64,000 nucleotides of DNA from Candidatus Wolfebacteria bacterium (GCA_002401345.1 NVSU01000001.1:68476-132475), one strand, 5' to 3'; shown: positions 27,871 to 38,458, numbered from the stretch's first letter. The notes: generated by a model not told the origin, from the letters alone. Numbers and translations: made by a program.

Positions 27871-28820
27871 ATTCCTAATCCTTTTAATAAATGAGTAATT
27901 GAATTTTCATGAACCAAGTTCCAATAATGCGGACTACTATTGGTATTATGTGGTGACAGAAGAATATTTTTCATCGATCGAAGCGGGCTTTTTTTGGGAA
28001 GTGGTTCATATTCAAATACATCCAATGCAGCACCTCGTATCTTTTTTTTCTTTAGGGCATCTATAAGATCATTTTCTTTTACAAGTGGCCCACGGGCTGT
28101 ATTAATGAGCACTGCATCATTTTTCATCTGCAAAAATTCTTTTTTTGAAATAATATAGCGACTTGTTTCATTTAAATCAGAGTGAAGACTTATGTAGTCG
28201 GATTGTGTAAGGAGTTTCTCTATATGTGTTGGAATAATATTATATTTTTTTATAACTTCCTTAGAAATTGGAAGCACGTCATATACCAAAACATCCATTC
28301 CAAATGCTTGTGCACGTTGTGCAACTGCACGGCCCACATTTCCGAGACCTATAATGCCAAGAGTTTTTTCCCTCAGAGATGCACCCTGTACTTTCTTCCA
28401 TGTTCCTTTTTTCATCTCACTATCGAGCACCGGTATATTACGCGCAAATGAAAGTATGTATCCGAGCACACTATCTGCAACAGGTTCTGAAAATGCATTT
28501 GCCGTATTGCATACGCGAATTCCAATTTTCTCAGCATATTGCTTATCAATGGAATCAACTCCTGTGCCCCATTTCACAATTACTTTAAGTTTTTCTGCCT
28601 TTTCAAGTACTCGCTGTGTTATTTCGTCATCTCCACAAATAATGCCATCATACAGTCCAATGATATCTATGAGCTCTTTTTCACTAAGACGCTCATGAAC
28701 CTTTGGAAGATCAATGGAAATATTCCTCTCTTTAAAAACTGGTCGCAACTTATTAATTTCTGTCTGCATATATGGAGCAGATATAAGTACACGATATTTT
28801 TTTACTTTCTTTGTTTTCAT
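27867..28820 (-). CDS. D-isomer-specific 2-hydroxyacid dehydrogenase (phosphoglycerate dehydrogenase-like)
   Basis: GIIGLGNVGRAVAQRA NAD motif and a catalytic-domain layout. Confidence 0.8.
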   Translation of the reverse strand: MKTKKVKKYRVLISAPYMQTEINKLRPVFKERNISIDLPKVHERLSEKELIDIIGLYDGIICGDDEITQRVLEKAEKLKVIVKWGTGVDSIDKQYAEKIGIRVCNTANAFSEPVADSVLGYILSFARNIPVLDSEMKKGTWKKVQGASLREKTLGIIGLGNVGRAVAQRAQAFGMDVLVYDVLPISKEVIKKYNIIPTHIEKLLTQSDYISLHSDLNETSRYIISKKEFLQMKNDAVLINTARGPLVKENDLIDALKKKKIRGAALDVFEYEPLPKKSPLRSMKNILLSPHNTNSSPHYWNLVHENSITHLLKGLGI

Positions 28821-30415
28821 GTTTTTATAAATGGTCGATAATGATAAAAATATTTCTTCACTTCATTTGTAAGTGAATTCTTGAACGTATATCCTTTATA
28901 TGTGCCCCAATACTGCATATATCGAAATGAAGGTATTTCCCAGATGTGCTTCAACTTTCTTTCAAATACTAGAGCTCGACAATAATCCAATGCTGTATTG
29001 AATGTAAATAACAATAAAAAATCAAGGAAAGAAAAATTCGTTTCAGGGAAAATTCTTTTTAATGCAATTGCTTCACGTTTATATCGAATAAACACCCTCT
29101 CCCAGCTCTCTTCATGAATATGAAAAATACCAGCACTGATTGTGTAATAAATAGTATGTCCGCGCTTTTGCATTTTTTCTGCCCATGCAAGATCTTCTAG
29201 GCCTGTAAGCTCCTCATCGTACGGAAGTTCTTCCCAAAGCGATCGCCTGATAGCAGTATTCGCATTATTACAAAATGGAATATCTGTTTGCATGCAAGAT
29301 GATTCGGGAAACATCTTTTTTAAAAGCTGATGTTCTGAGAATTTTGTGACATGGTTGCCACGCTGTTTTCCATATACTGCAGCAATACGCGCATCTTCAA
29401 AAGGCTCGATTATCTCATCGAGCCATGAATCATTCATGGGGTAACAATGTGCCGAGAGAAGCACCACATACTCACCTCCTGCTACTTCAATTCCCTTGTT
29501 AAGCGAATAGCCAAATGAAAAATCTTCTGGCTTTATATGCACAATCTTTACTGGGTACTCTTGAACAATGCCAAGTGTCTTATCAGTAGATCCTGAATCA
29601 ACAATAATAACTTCAAAGTGCCTATTGGTGTTTTGTGAAAAGACACACTCCAGCACTCCACCTATATGGTGTCCTTCGTTAAAAGTACGAATTATAATCG
29701 ACACAATAGGATATTGTGAGGTGCATAAAGGATTCTTAGGTGAAAAAGAAATATGTTTTAATGATTCCGCAATAATAAACTCATCCTCCGTATCAATGTC
29801 GATAGATTCCCGCTTGTCCACTTCAAATAAGAATGGGGTTATACCGATTCTTTTTTTGTCATTATTGTAAAACGACTCTTTGCTGAATATAAAAATATTT
29901 GAATTTTCTTCATACAAAGGAGATAGGTCTTGTGTGCGTATTAGTTCTTGGGGATTATGATTAAGTGCACCACCATGTTCATCATATATTCGCGACTGTA
30001 GTCTTGTCACAGAGAAAAGTGAGTCATGTATATCACTTGAGCTAAAAAACTTCTCTATTGCCTCATCTATTGTTTTTGTTGTTAATAATGGATTAGTGGA
30101 ATGTGTCTGTAAAAAATATTCATCATCTGATTTGGACACATCGTATGCAATGATAGTATTCATTGAAACAAAGTCCCCACAAAGTTCATTGGGGCGATTA
30201 ATAATTTTCACCTTTTTAAATAATTTCGGCGCGTCAGTACTAATAACATCACTATCTGTATTAATACGTATTTCTTTTATGTAGCTACTTTTTGAAAGTG
30301 TCTCAAGAATATGATGATAGAGTGGTCTACCCGAAAAATTCCGAATATTTTTATTCGGCACGCGCTCGCTATGCGCTTTCATTGGGAGCAGGGCTGTAAT
30401 TGATATTTTTTTCAT
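28817..30415 (-). CDS. Bifunctional protein: N-terminal acylneuraminate/CMP-sugar cytidylyltransferase-like domain fused to a C-terminal GT2 glycosyltransferase domain
   Basis: ITALLPMKAHSERVPNKNIRNFSGRPL (CMP-NeuAc/Kdo synthetase family). Later VSIIIRTFNEGHHI...VIIVDSGSTDKT (GT2). The true start is MKKISI at 30415; the ORF extension runs through the repeat element. Confidence 0.6.
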   Translation of the reverse strand: MKKISITALLPMKAHSERVPNKNIRNFSGRPLYHHILETLSKSSYIKEIRINTDSDVISTDAPKLFKKVKIINRPNELCGDFVSMNTIIAYDVSKSDDEYFLQTHSTNPLLTTKTIDEAIEKFFSSSDIHDSLFSVTRLQSRIYDEHGGALNHNPQELIRTQDLSPLYEENSNIFIFSKESFYNNDKKRIGITPFLFEVDKRESIDIDTEDEFIIAESLKHISFSPKNPLCTSQYPIVSIIIRTFNEGHHIGGVLECVFSQNTNRHFEVIIVDSGSTDKTLGIVQEYPVKIVHIKPEDFSFGYSLNKGIEVAGGEYVVLLSAHCYPMNDSWLDEIIEPFEDARIAAVYGKQRGNHVTKFSEHQLLKKMFPESSCMQTDIPFCNNANTAIRRSLWEELPYDEELTGLEDLAWAEKMQKRGHTIYYTISAGIFHIHEESWERVFIRYKREAIALKRIFPETNFSFLDFLLLFTFNTALDYCRALVFERKLKHIWEIPSFRYMQYWGTYKGYTFKNSLTNEVKKYFYHYRPFIKT

Positions 30416-30427
30416 AAAAATTCCACA

Positions 30428-30465
30428 TTTCACTATTCTTAAAAACGTTAGAATAGTGTGAATTT
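30428..30465. promoter_or_regulatory. Degenerate copy of the TTCT..AGAA operator-like palindrome (ATTTCACTATTCT-taaaaacgt-TAGAATAGTGTGAAT)
   Basis: Inverted repeat related to the 23060/43348 palindrome, in the promoter region of the cytidylyltransferase-GT2 gene. Confidence 0.35.
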
Positions 30466-30480
30466 CTGCTCTTTTGGCAA

Positions 30481-30521
30481 CAAAAAAAGCCGCAATTGCA
30501 AAAAAATCACAATTACGACGC
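30481..30521 (-). ncRNA. Conserved leader hairpin+U-tract element (family copy d)
   Basis: On the minus strand: GUCGUAAUUG-ugauuuuuuug-CAAUUGCGGC-UUUUUUU, with two G-U pairs. The same pairs would be C-A mismatches on the + strand. Confidence 0.4.
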
Positions 30522-30691
30522 ATGTACATTCTATCAATTCAAACTCATAAATGCAAAATTTAGTCTAATAACTCATAAAAAATGGTATTTTTAGAAAATC
30601 CTCGCATAGTAAAAAATATTGATCCTGTTATGTAAAATAACCAGAGGATGGGCTCCTGCTTTGTGCACAAATTCACTTTATGTATCATTAC

Positions 30692-31762
30692 TTAATTCTC
30701 ATAGTTCTTTACGTTCAGAAAATCCCTAAGCAGGGACCATTTCTTTTGGATTTTCCAGCCTAAAACTAATGCTTTGATTTTATAGTAATTTATTTGCGCG
30801 TTGAAAGTAATTTGCTTTGTATTATATTCATTTTTTTGAATATCATCATATATTGTTCGAGCAAATTCATAATACTTGTTCGAGACTTTTTTTATTTTAA
30901 ACTGAGGAAGCGCATTTTGATACTCCTTATAACTATTAGCAATTTTCTCTATTTTATCTAAGACATCGTTGGTTCCTTCAAAAAATTCTCCACCACTTCC
31001 AATCAATTCCGGGTTACTGCTTGAATTGGGCACTACAGCTGGCAACCCACATGAGAGTGCCTCTATAAGCGAATTAGAACATGCCTCAATTCGACTTCCA
31101 AAAATAAATATATCGCTTTCTTTCAGTAACCCCACGAGATCTTCCGAGGACACCGGGGGAATATGTTTAATGTTCTTGAGATGAATAGGAGAATTTCCTA
31201 TAAATGTCATTTCATATTTTGAAAAATCTAGATACTCATCTAAATACTGAAAAATATCGAAGCCCTTGCCCCAGTTATCAGACCAGCTCGAGGCCACGAG
31301 TTTTATTTTTCCGTAGTGTGAAAATGCTCTTTTATTTTTCCTGTTAAATATCTTCTTACTAGATGCATTCAAAAGTACCGTGTTATATGCTGATGTGATA
31401 TTCCACTGGTTCCTGCATTGCTCCATGCACCACTTAGATTGAAAAATTATTCCGTCTACAAAGGACTCATTGAACAGCTTTATAATTCTATCAATTACTG
31501 TGTCATCCTTTCGATACATTGCAATTGGTCCTGTGAGTCGATGAAGAATGATCTTCTCTGGATATTTCTTTTTAAGGTCACGTACCTGGTCAAAAAAAAA
31601 TTCTGATCCAAATGGATAGCTATTAAACAACACTACATCTGCATCTTCCGAATTTTCAGCGTATCTATCTCGCTTTTTGAATTCATCCTTAAGTGCCTTT
31701 AGAAACTGATTAGCACCTCCCCATGAACCCTCCTTAAATTTGTACATAATATGTAGTTTCAT
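30692..31762 (-). CDS. Glycosyltransferase family 1 (GT4-like)
   Basis: C-terminal EAxxxGLPxV-like SLIEALSCGLPAVV...GGEFF. Confidence 0.7.
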   Translation of the reverse strand: MKLHIMYKFKEGSWGGANQFLKALKDEFKKRDRYAENSEDADVVLFNSYPFGSEFFFDQVRDLKKKYPEKIILHRLTGPIAMYRKDDTVIDRIIKLFNESFVDGIIFQSKWCMEQCRNQWNITSAYNTVLLNASSKKIFNRKNKRAFSHYGKIKLVASSWSDNWGKGFDIFQYLDEYLDFSKYEMTFIGNSPIHLKNIKHIPPVSSEDLVGLLKESDIFIFGSRIEACSNSLIEALSCGLPAVVPNSSSNPELIGSGGEFFEGTNDVLDKIEKIANSYKEYQNALPQFKIKKVSNKYYEFARTIYDDIQKNEYNTKQITFNAQINYYKIKALVLGWKIQKKWSLLRDFLNVKNYEN

Positions 31763-32640
31763 CGTTTTCTCACCATTGCTGGTGTTATTTTTGATGTTGC
31801 ATATTTCAACGCACTATCAAAATCAATGTATGGATAGATTTGAAGTATAGTTTCCTTCTTTTCCAATCTAAAACAGCCAATATTTTTTTCGTCAGCAATT
31901 TTCTTAGCAATAGATGCACATATGAGTGTCATTTCTTTTTCCGGAAACTCCAACGTGGTTCCATTAATAGTCTGATACATTCGCTTCTTATCATAAAAAT
32001 GTCCAGTAGATTGCATGTGATCAACACCGGAAAAAAATAGCGTCCTAATTCCTAGAAACCCACACAAAGGTAGAAATGAATTCTCAACGTTACCTCCACC
32101 AAGCACACGAATCGGCTCTATCCCATATGACATATATGATGAATCGATAGTATCTACATTCATAGGAGCCTCAATTTCCCTATACAGTACACATGTTGCC
32201 TCCGGGTGTTTTTTCAAGAATTTTTTTACTATAGCAGAACTAAAGTGCACCGATGAATCCGAATCATTAGCAGGAACAAGTATAAATGTTTCAGAAAAAT
32301 CGAGTGGTGTCTGTACTTCTTCTTTTAGTACAACCTTTAATGTCGGACCATAGTGAACGAACCACAAATTTGGCATAAATCCATATTTTCTAAAAAAATG
32401 TACGGGGCCATTGTGAACACTCAAAAGATTATATTCTTTGAGTCTCGAAACATCTTTGAGGTTTGCAACACTTCCACCATTACCAAACATAAATACTTTT
32501 GAGTTTTTAAAATATGGAATGAGTTCTGAAATAAAAAACAATTTACCCTCTTTACGCATTTTACTCAATCCCCTTTGACTAAAGAGGTTCAGTTTTTCAA
32601 GTATTTTATTTAGCAAATACATAATTGTACACTGAATCAC
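31759..32640 (-). CDS. Hypothetical protein, possibly a Maf/DUF115 (motility-accessory-factor-like) glycosyltransferase
   Basis: FMFGNGGSVANL resembles the DUF115 GNGPS motif. Weak call. Confidence 0.3.
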   Translation of the reverse strand: MIQCTIMYLLNKILEKLNLFSQRGLSKMRKEGKLFFISELIPYFKNSKVFMFGNGGSVANLKDVSRLKEYNLLSVHNGPVHFFRKYGFMPNLWFVHYGPTLKVVLKEEVQTPLDFSETFILVPANDSDSSVHFSSAIVKKFLKKHPEATCVLYREIEAPMNVDTIDSSYMSYGIEPIRVLGGGNVENSFLPLCGFLGIRTLFFSGVDHMQSTGHFYDKKRMYQTINGTTLEFPEKEMTLICASIAKKIADEKNIGCFRLEKKETILQIYPYIDFDSALKYATSKITPAMVRKR

Positions 32641-33355
32641 TTTTTACAAATTTAGATGGATTGGAAGTTTTGGAAATTACAGAAAACCCAATAGATCTAA
32701 GAAAATTAATACACTCCACATCATGAGGAAATTTTTCATTTAACTCTGCCATAAGTGAACAACATTTATTATTCCTAAGTATTTCTTGAGCACCTTTTAT
32801 TATTGCTGCTTCATGACCATCTACATCTAACTTAATATGAGTTGGTATATTGATGTTAAAATCCTTCACAAACTCATCAATGCTATATCCTAAGACAAAT
32901 TGTGTATGCGTTGGCGTAAATGTATTTCCAACAAAATCAACAGCCTCACCGAATGTATGAAGGGATGATCCGAATTCTAAATCTTGATAATTGAATGTAT
33001 TTATATTTTTTTTCGATGTTATTGCAACATTGAGAGCCACCGTATTGTGTTGGCTGTGATTTAATAAAATATTTTTATTAAGTTGATGAAAATTAGGCCA
33101 GTTCGGTTCATATGCATATACCATTCCTTTATCTCCAACCAACTTTGACATAATAAGAGTGTAGGCTCCGACATTAGCACCAATATCAAAAACTGTATCT
33201 CCTGGCTTTATATATTCTTCCATCCACCTCACTGTCTCTGGCTCTTTTTTACATGAAAAAGCCCTACTTTCACGTTCTATGTGTGAATCACCATGGAGTA
33301 AAATCTTCTGTGGTATATAGTCTAACTGAATAATATTTTCTTCTTTTTTTTTCAT
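32606..33355 (-). CDS. FkbM-family methyltransferase
   Basis: VFDIGANVGAYT...YAYEPN. ATGA start/stop overlap with the upstream gene. Confidence 0.65.
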   Translation of the reverse strand: MKKKEENIIQLDYIPQKILLHGDSHIERESRAFSCKKEPETVRWMEEYIKPGDTVFDIGANVGAYTLIMSKLVGDKGMVYAYEPNWPNFHQLNKNILLNHSQHNTVALNVAITSKKNINTFNYQDLEFGSSLHTFGEAVDFVGNTFTPTHTQFVLGYSIDEFVKDFNINIPTHIKLDVDGHEAAIIKGAQEILRNNKCCSLMAELNEKFPHDVECINFLRSIGFSVISKTSNPSKFVKSDSVYNYVFAK

Positions 33356-34155
33356 GACCCATAACAACAATAAATAGCAAAATTATGTTTTGATGGAATA
33401 GATTTAATACAATATTCATAGAGATCTTTACTGGTTACACTTTTCCAAGGTTCAACGCGTCCTCTGTGTGCTCCACGATGATTGGAGCACAATTCAATGC
33501 TGTAATTTTCATCTTCAAGAAAATTACACAATTCATCTATATTATCCTTCTCCACATTAAGGAGATAAAAGGGGTGTATTTCAATCAGTAAGTGTGGTTT
33601 AAATTTTTTTATGCTCTCACGCATGCCTTTTAATATCTTTAACTCAGCACCCTCCACATCAATCTTTACCACATCGACAGTTTCAATATTTTCTTTTTTT
33701 ATAAAAGAATCAATCGTAATTACACCCTTGCTTTCATGATCCGATAAAAAAGTCTCTATAAAATTCACCTTATTATCAAAGATGATTCTATTGTTTTTTT
33801 TAAAGACTCTTCCTCGACACTCACTGCCATCAAATGCGTAAATATTCTGTGGAGAGTCATTTAATTGCGAGGCAAAAAAAGAAAAATAACCTTCGGCACC
33901 TCCAATGTCAAAAATAATATCATCTGACTTTATTATCTCTATCGCTTTGTCCATCATAAGTGGTTCATAGCAACCATAGTGTTTAATTGATTCATGGAAA
34001 TCTCCCTGCATACCCAACATGTCAAAAGAATGCCCTTTATAGGAAATATGCATGGGAGAATATGCCTTTGAGAAAACTTCATCTTTAAAATAATAAAGAG
34101 AATCAAGCAATCCGAATCTTTTTAATATATTTTTTGTATTTTGCCCTATTTTCAT
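33352..34155 (-). CDS. FkbM-family methyltransferase
   Basis: IIFDIGGAEGYFS...VDVVKIDVEGAEL. Confidence 0.65.
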   Translation of the reverse strand: MKIGQNTKNILKRFGLLDSLYYFKDEVFSKAYSPMHISYKGHSFDMLGMQGDFHESIKHYGCYEPLMMDKAIEIIKSDDIIFDIGGAEGYFSFFASQLNDSPQNIYAFDGSECRGRVFKKNNRIIFDNKVNFIETFLSDHESKGVITIDSFIKKENIETVDVVKIDVEGAELKILKGMRESIKKFKPHLLIEIHPFYLLNVEKDNIDELCNFLEDENYSIELCSNHRGAHRGRVEPWKSVTSKDLYEYCIKSIPSKHNFAIYCCYGS

Positions 34156-34168
34156 ATGTATGCATGTA

Positions 34169-35140
34169 TTAAGAGATTTTTAATTTTCTAGATACCAGAA
34201 AGAGCAGTCGATCAAATGCATTTCTTATAAAGTGAAATATGTACAGAACCGAGTTTTCCTGTAGTGTCCTTTTATTCATATATGCCGGAATCCTTATGTT
34301 AAAGAAATCAGCACGATAGTTTGTGTGTAGCGTTTTATTCATATATTCTATCGCCTCTTTGTATTGTGTTAAAAAATAAATATACATCTCCCATGAATCT
34401 TTTTTTGTCCTGTATCTGGAGAAGTTCATTCCCTTAATCAGCACATCTTGCCATACTCCCTTGTAATGAATAATGTGTGTATCAAAACTGATTGAAGTGG
34501 AATTGGTTTCATTGAGCATACGACACGGAATACCTTTAAAGCATGTATCGTTACCGAGGAGAAAAATGTTATATTGATCATTTTCTTTTTGATACTTCAA
34601 CATATTAAACAAGGACATCTGGTCGGCTGCACCATATGGAAGTGATGTATTATTTGCCTGCGCAAATAATATTTCATCATTTATAATTTCCATCGTTTTT
34701 TGCTTCCAAGAAGTAAAAAAGTTGATCCCTTTATTACTTCCGTCTGACAAGAGTACTCCTGTGTTAAGTGGATAATGTTCATCCTTATATGTAAATCCGA
34801 TATTGAAATATAGCTCATCAAAGAAATGTGTTATATCTTTTGTAATCAAGATATCCACATCAAGAAAACAAAGATTTTCTCCGGCATATTGTTTAGCAGC
34901 ATGTTCCCAAAGAATGGTTTTACTTGCTATTCGTTTTGCCTTATTTTTACCAAAATTATAATTTGTTTTTATAAAATCAAATTCAGAAAAGATTTTTTTT
35001 ATTGGATTAATTTTTTCTTCATCAATACTCTCCCACAGCACGGCCACTTGTGCGGTGGGAGCATTTTTCTTGATTGAATACAAAAGCGCAAGCAAAAAGC
35101 CTGTGTAGTTATTTCCAAATGTAGCTATAATGAATCGCAT
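34169..35140 (-). CDS. Putative nucleotide-diphospho-sugar (GT-A fold) glycosyltransferase
   Basis: DxD-like FLDVDIL and its position in the glycan cluster. Weak call. Confidence 0.35.
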   Translation of the reverse strand: MRFIIATFGNNYTGFLLALLYSIKKNAPTAQVAVLWESIDEEKINPIKKIFSEFDFIKTNYNFGKNKAKRIASKTILWEHAAKQYAGENLCFLDVDILITKDITHFFDELYFNIGFTYKDEHYPLNTGVLLSDGSNKGINFFTSWKQKTMEIINDEILFAQANNTSLPYGAADQMSLFNMLKYQKENDQYNIFLLGNDTCFKGIPCRMLNETNSTSISFDTHIIHYKGVWQDVLIKGMNFSRYRTKKDSWEMYIYFLTQYKEAIEYMNKTLHTNYRADFFNIRIPAYMNKRTLQENSVLYIFHFIRNAFDRLLFLVSRKLKIS

Positions 35141-35147
35141 ATAAAAT

Positions 35148-35266
35148 TAAAAAGCGCCGTAATTGTGACCCCTAAAATTCCTAGAGGTGACGATCTTCAC
35201 ACACTTACTCCACCAACAAATGGGAAGAAATAGTCAAGAAAATCTATCACAATTACGACGCTTTAT
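35148..35266 (-). repeat. MITE-like copy of the leader-element family: 15-bp arms GCGCCGTAATTGTGA / TCACAATTACGACGC flanking about 80 bp
   Basis: The arms are inverted repeats of each other with one difference. That difference is a G-U pair on the minus-strand RNA but a C-A mismatch on the +. Confidence 0.45.
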
Positions 35267-35391
35267 ATAAAATTTTCATTACTATTATACCAAGTAATGT
35301 ATGTGCAACAAACTAATCATATACATGTCACTTATTTTTAGTCTCACAAAAGTAGTGGAATAAAAGACTAAACTATATGTATATGAATATA

Positions 35392-36510
35392 TTATTGTAT
35401 TATTTTGCTAAATTCTTGATTAAAAAAGTCTAATGAATGATGTGTGTGTACCATACTAAAACTTTTTTGTCCCATTTCTGACAAATAATTACGATCTTTT
35501 ATTATTAATTCGATTTTTTGCGCTAAATCTTTATAATTTTTATTTTTAAATATATATCCATTCTCCCCCTCTTTTATATAGCATTTCGTTCCGCAGTCAT
35601 CACTACAGATTACAGGCAGCTGTGCTGCCATTGCCTCCACAAGAGAATATGCAGCTGGTTCATCATAGCTCGGCAATATAAATAGATCATTTTTTTTGTA
35701 TTCATCTAAACTCTCCTTATAATCAAGATTAAATTTTATCTGCACAAACTCATTCAAATACTCTGCCCTTATAAAATCATATACACCCCTCAAGTACGCC
35801 GCATCAGCCCGTTCACCAACAAGCGTCAATTCTATATTGTACTTATTTTTTAGTCGACTTATGGCCCTAAGGAGTGTTATGTGATCTTTTCTTGGAACAA
35901 ATTTGCCAATAGATAAAATACGTATCGTATTTTCAGAGACATAAGACTTTTTAAAATCTTTAGTGTCTATAACAAATGGAATATGAGATACATTTCTCAC
36001 ACCTGAATTTTTTAGTATGTGTTCTCCTTCTTTTGTGGGAGAAACGAAATATACCACACCTAAATAAGAAAGTAGTTTTAAATAACGCCTGAATAAGGAT
36101 TCTGAATTAAACAAAGTATTCTTTCGCAGTTGAATTAACATGATAACTTTTTTCTTAAATTTCTTCGCGTAATAAAGGGATAGTAATTCAGATAGACTCT
36201 GAAAGTCTTTTAAAAGAATAACATCAGGGTTTATTTCTTTTATATGATATGTGAGTTTTCTAATATTGGGAATGGAAAATTTTAATTCCCAAAAACTTTT
36301 TAAGTGTGTCTTCTTGAAAAGATTGATAATTCTATTTAAAAACACAGTGCACCACGAATAACCTATTATTTTCGGTTCAACCACGTCATGACATTCGGAA
36401 TTTCCCTTATAAAAGGAGATTAAAGAAACTTCATGCCCTGCACTCTGAAGTGCCCTTACTCGATAATACAAATTTGTGTGGAACCGTGGAGTTATGATGA
36501 GAATTTTCAT
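35392..36510 (-). CDS. Glycosyltransferase family 1 (GT4)
   Basis: FILPSYDEPAAYSLVEAMAAQLPVICSD. Confidence 0.7.
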   Translation of the reverse strand: MKILIITPRFHTNLYYRVRALQSAGHEVSLISFYKGNSECHDVVEPKIIGYSWCTVFLNRIINLFKKTHLKSFWELKFSIPNIRKLTYHIKEINPDVILLKDFQSLSELLSLYYAKKFKKKVIMLIQLRKNTLFNSESLFRRYLKLLSYLGVVYFVSPTKEGEHILKNSGVRNVSHIPFVIDTKDFKKSYVSENTIRILSIGKFVPRKDHITLLRAISRLKNKYNIELTLVGERADAAYLRGVYDFIRAEYLNEFVQIKFNLDYKESLDEYKKNDLFILPSYDEPAAYSLVEAMAAQLPVICSDDCGTKCYIKEGENGYIFKNKNYKDLAQKIELIIKDRNYLSEMGQKSFSMVHTHHSLDFFNQEFSKIIQ

Positions 36511-36512
36511 GA

Positions 36513-37610
36513 CTAGTAGGTAATATTTTTAATAACTTCCTCAAATTTTTCAATGTTCTTTTTTATGTCGTGATTTTCTTTTGCATAGACGTAAGCATTA
36601 TCAGAATAATACGAATAAAGCCTGAAATCATTCATTAGAATATCTACATATGTATTTAATTTATTCATGTCTCCATTGGCACAAAATCCACATTCATACA
36701 CATCCAGAAAATTGTCTGGATTTGAGTTCAGAGACACAATTGGTGTATTATATTTTGCAGCTTGAATAAATGTATTTGGAAAACCCTCAAAGTCTGAGGT
36801 ATTTACTATAATGAGCGACTTTTTAAAATAGGTATCAATTTCATTAAATGGAACGTGTGGAATAAATTGTATATTTTTTATTTTACGTGATCTTTTTACA
36901 AGATTTTCATACCGAACACTGTCATCGGCTAACTGGCAAATAATAACAAACTTTTTATCAGGGTTCTTCTCAGCTACATATAAAAATGCTTCGGGATTTT
37001 TTATTTCATGACATCTACCAACCCAAAGTACATATTTTTTTTCGAAATTATGCTTATTATCAATGTGATAACTTGATTTTATTATTATAGAGTCTCGATT
37101 AAAATATTTCTTCAATTTTCTCTTTTGAAAATCTGATTGACATATTATCGAATGTGCTTTTTTTAATCCAAAGGCATATAAAAAACCTTCTGTAGTACCT
37201 AATATAGATTTATATCCACCATCAACATCTATATCACTGGCACACATATATATAAATTTCTTTCCAAAGATAGTTGCATACAGAGACACAATACCTATTC
37301 CGGCATTAGCGGAACGACAAACCACTACATCTGGGTTTATTTTATGGAGATTAATTATTAACTTAATAGCATCAAAAATCTTTGCCATAAAATTTTTAGA
37401 CGGGGTAATTCCCCTATACACTGAAATATTCTCGTATGTTTCCTTTTTATTTTGATTATAATCCCCCACAAGAAAAGATATGTTAAAATTTTGCCTTCTG
37501 GATAACTCACGCCCAATCAAATACATTTGAACCTCCGATCCACCAAATAGTTTCTTGCAATTTGTATTAAAAATCGGATATACGGCTGTTTGTACAAAAC
37601 AAATATTCAT
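36513..37610 (-). CDS. Glycosyltransferase family 1 (GT4-like)
   Basis: C-terminal SDFEGFPNTFIQAAKYNTPIVS. Confidence 0.6.
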   Translation of the reverse strand: MNICFVQTAVYPIFNTNCKKLFGGSEVQMYLIGRELSRRQNFNISFLVGDYNQNKKETYENISVYRGITPSKNFMAKIFDAIKLIINLHKINPDVVVCRSANAGIGIVSLYATIFGKKFIYMCASDIDVDGGYKSILGTTEGFLYAFGLKKAHSIICQSDFQKRKLKKYFNRDSIIIKSSYHIDNKHNFEKKYVLWVGRCHEIKNPEAFLYVAEKNPDKKFVIICQLADDSVRYENLVKRSRKIKNIQFIPHVPFNEIDTYFKKSLIIVNTSDFEGFPNTFIQAAKYNTPIVSLNSNPDNFLDVYECGFCANGDMNKLNTYVDILMNDFRLYSYYSDNAYVYAKENHDIKKNIEKFEEVIKNITY

Positions 37611-37747
37611 CCTGTAGTGAAAAATGACATCACTCCTTCAGAAGCATATACGTCATTATTTTTTAATTGCTTATAATTTCGACTTGTATGGTACATATTA
37701 AAGTTTAGTTTTTCCTTAGTGTCATTTTCTACTACGGGATTTATACA

Positions 37748-38458
37748 CTATTCCTTTTTTATTATTAATAAATAATTGGATGGAAAAACTTTTTTATTTC
37801 TAGAAATTCTATCAAGGAACAGTAATATATATTGAATAATGAAGTTTAATCCATATACTACCCATTTTAGTATGGGTATATTCCAAAATAGCCCCATTGA
37901 AAAAATTGCACCTACACTTCCCAAAAAACCAAAAAAACCTCCAACTTCTTTTAATACCAAAATTTCAAAATTATTTTCATCAGAAAACTTTTTTAAAGAA
38001 TATCTTGTATATCTAAAATAATCATACGGTTCATTGTGTATATACATTAAAAAGGGAACAGAAATTATAGCAATGCCACCTTTTTTCAAAATTCTATTTA
38101 TTTCATGAAATGACTCCAAGGGATCTGGTATATGTTCAAATACCTGAGAAGAAAAAACTATATCAAATCTCTCATTTTCTAGATTCGTACGTGACGTTGT
38201 TCCTATGTAATCTAAATCTTTATGTGTTTTTTTAAAATCCAAACTAAAATAATTATCCGTATAGTTTTTAAGAAAATTCTTATAAAAAAGCCTGCCCGCG
38301 CCTAAATCTAAGACTACCGAATCTTTTTTAATATATTTAGAAAAATATTTCTTATATTCTCTAATTAATTCGATGTGATGAGACACTGAATTAAAATAGA
38401 TCTGTGATCCACCATATGTATTTGAAAATTTATTCCAATTTTTTTTTATATATTTCAT
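37748..38458 (-). CDS. Class I SAM-dependent methyltransferase with a C-terminal TM segment
   Basis: VLDLGAGRLFY, ILKKGGIAIISVPF. Confidence 0.65.
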   Translation of the reverse strand: MKYIKKNWNKFSNTYGGSQIYFNSVSHHIELIREYKKYFSKYIKKDSVVLDLGAGRLFYKNFLKNYTDNYFSLDFKKTHKDLDYIGTTSRTNLENERFDIVFSSQVFEHIPDPLESFHEINRILKKGGIAIISVPFLMYIHNEPYDYFRYTRYSLKKFSDENNFEILVLKEVGGFFGFLGSVGAIFSMGLFWNIPILKWVVYGLNFIIQYILLFLDRISRNKKVFPSNYLLIIKKE

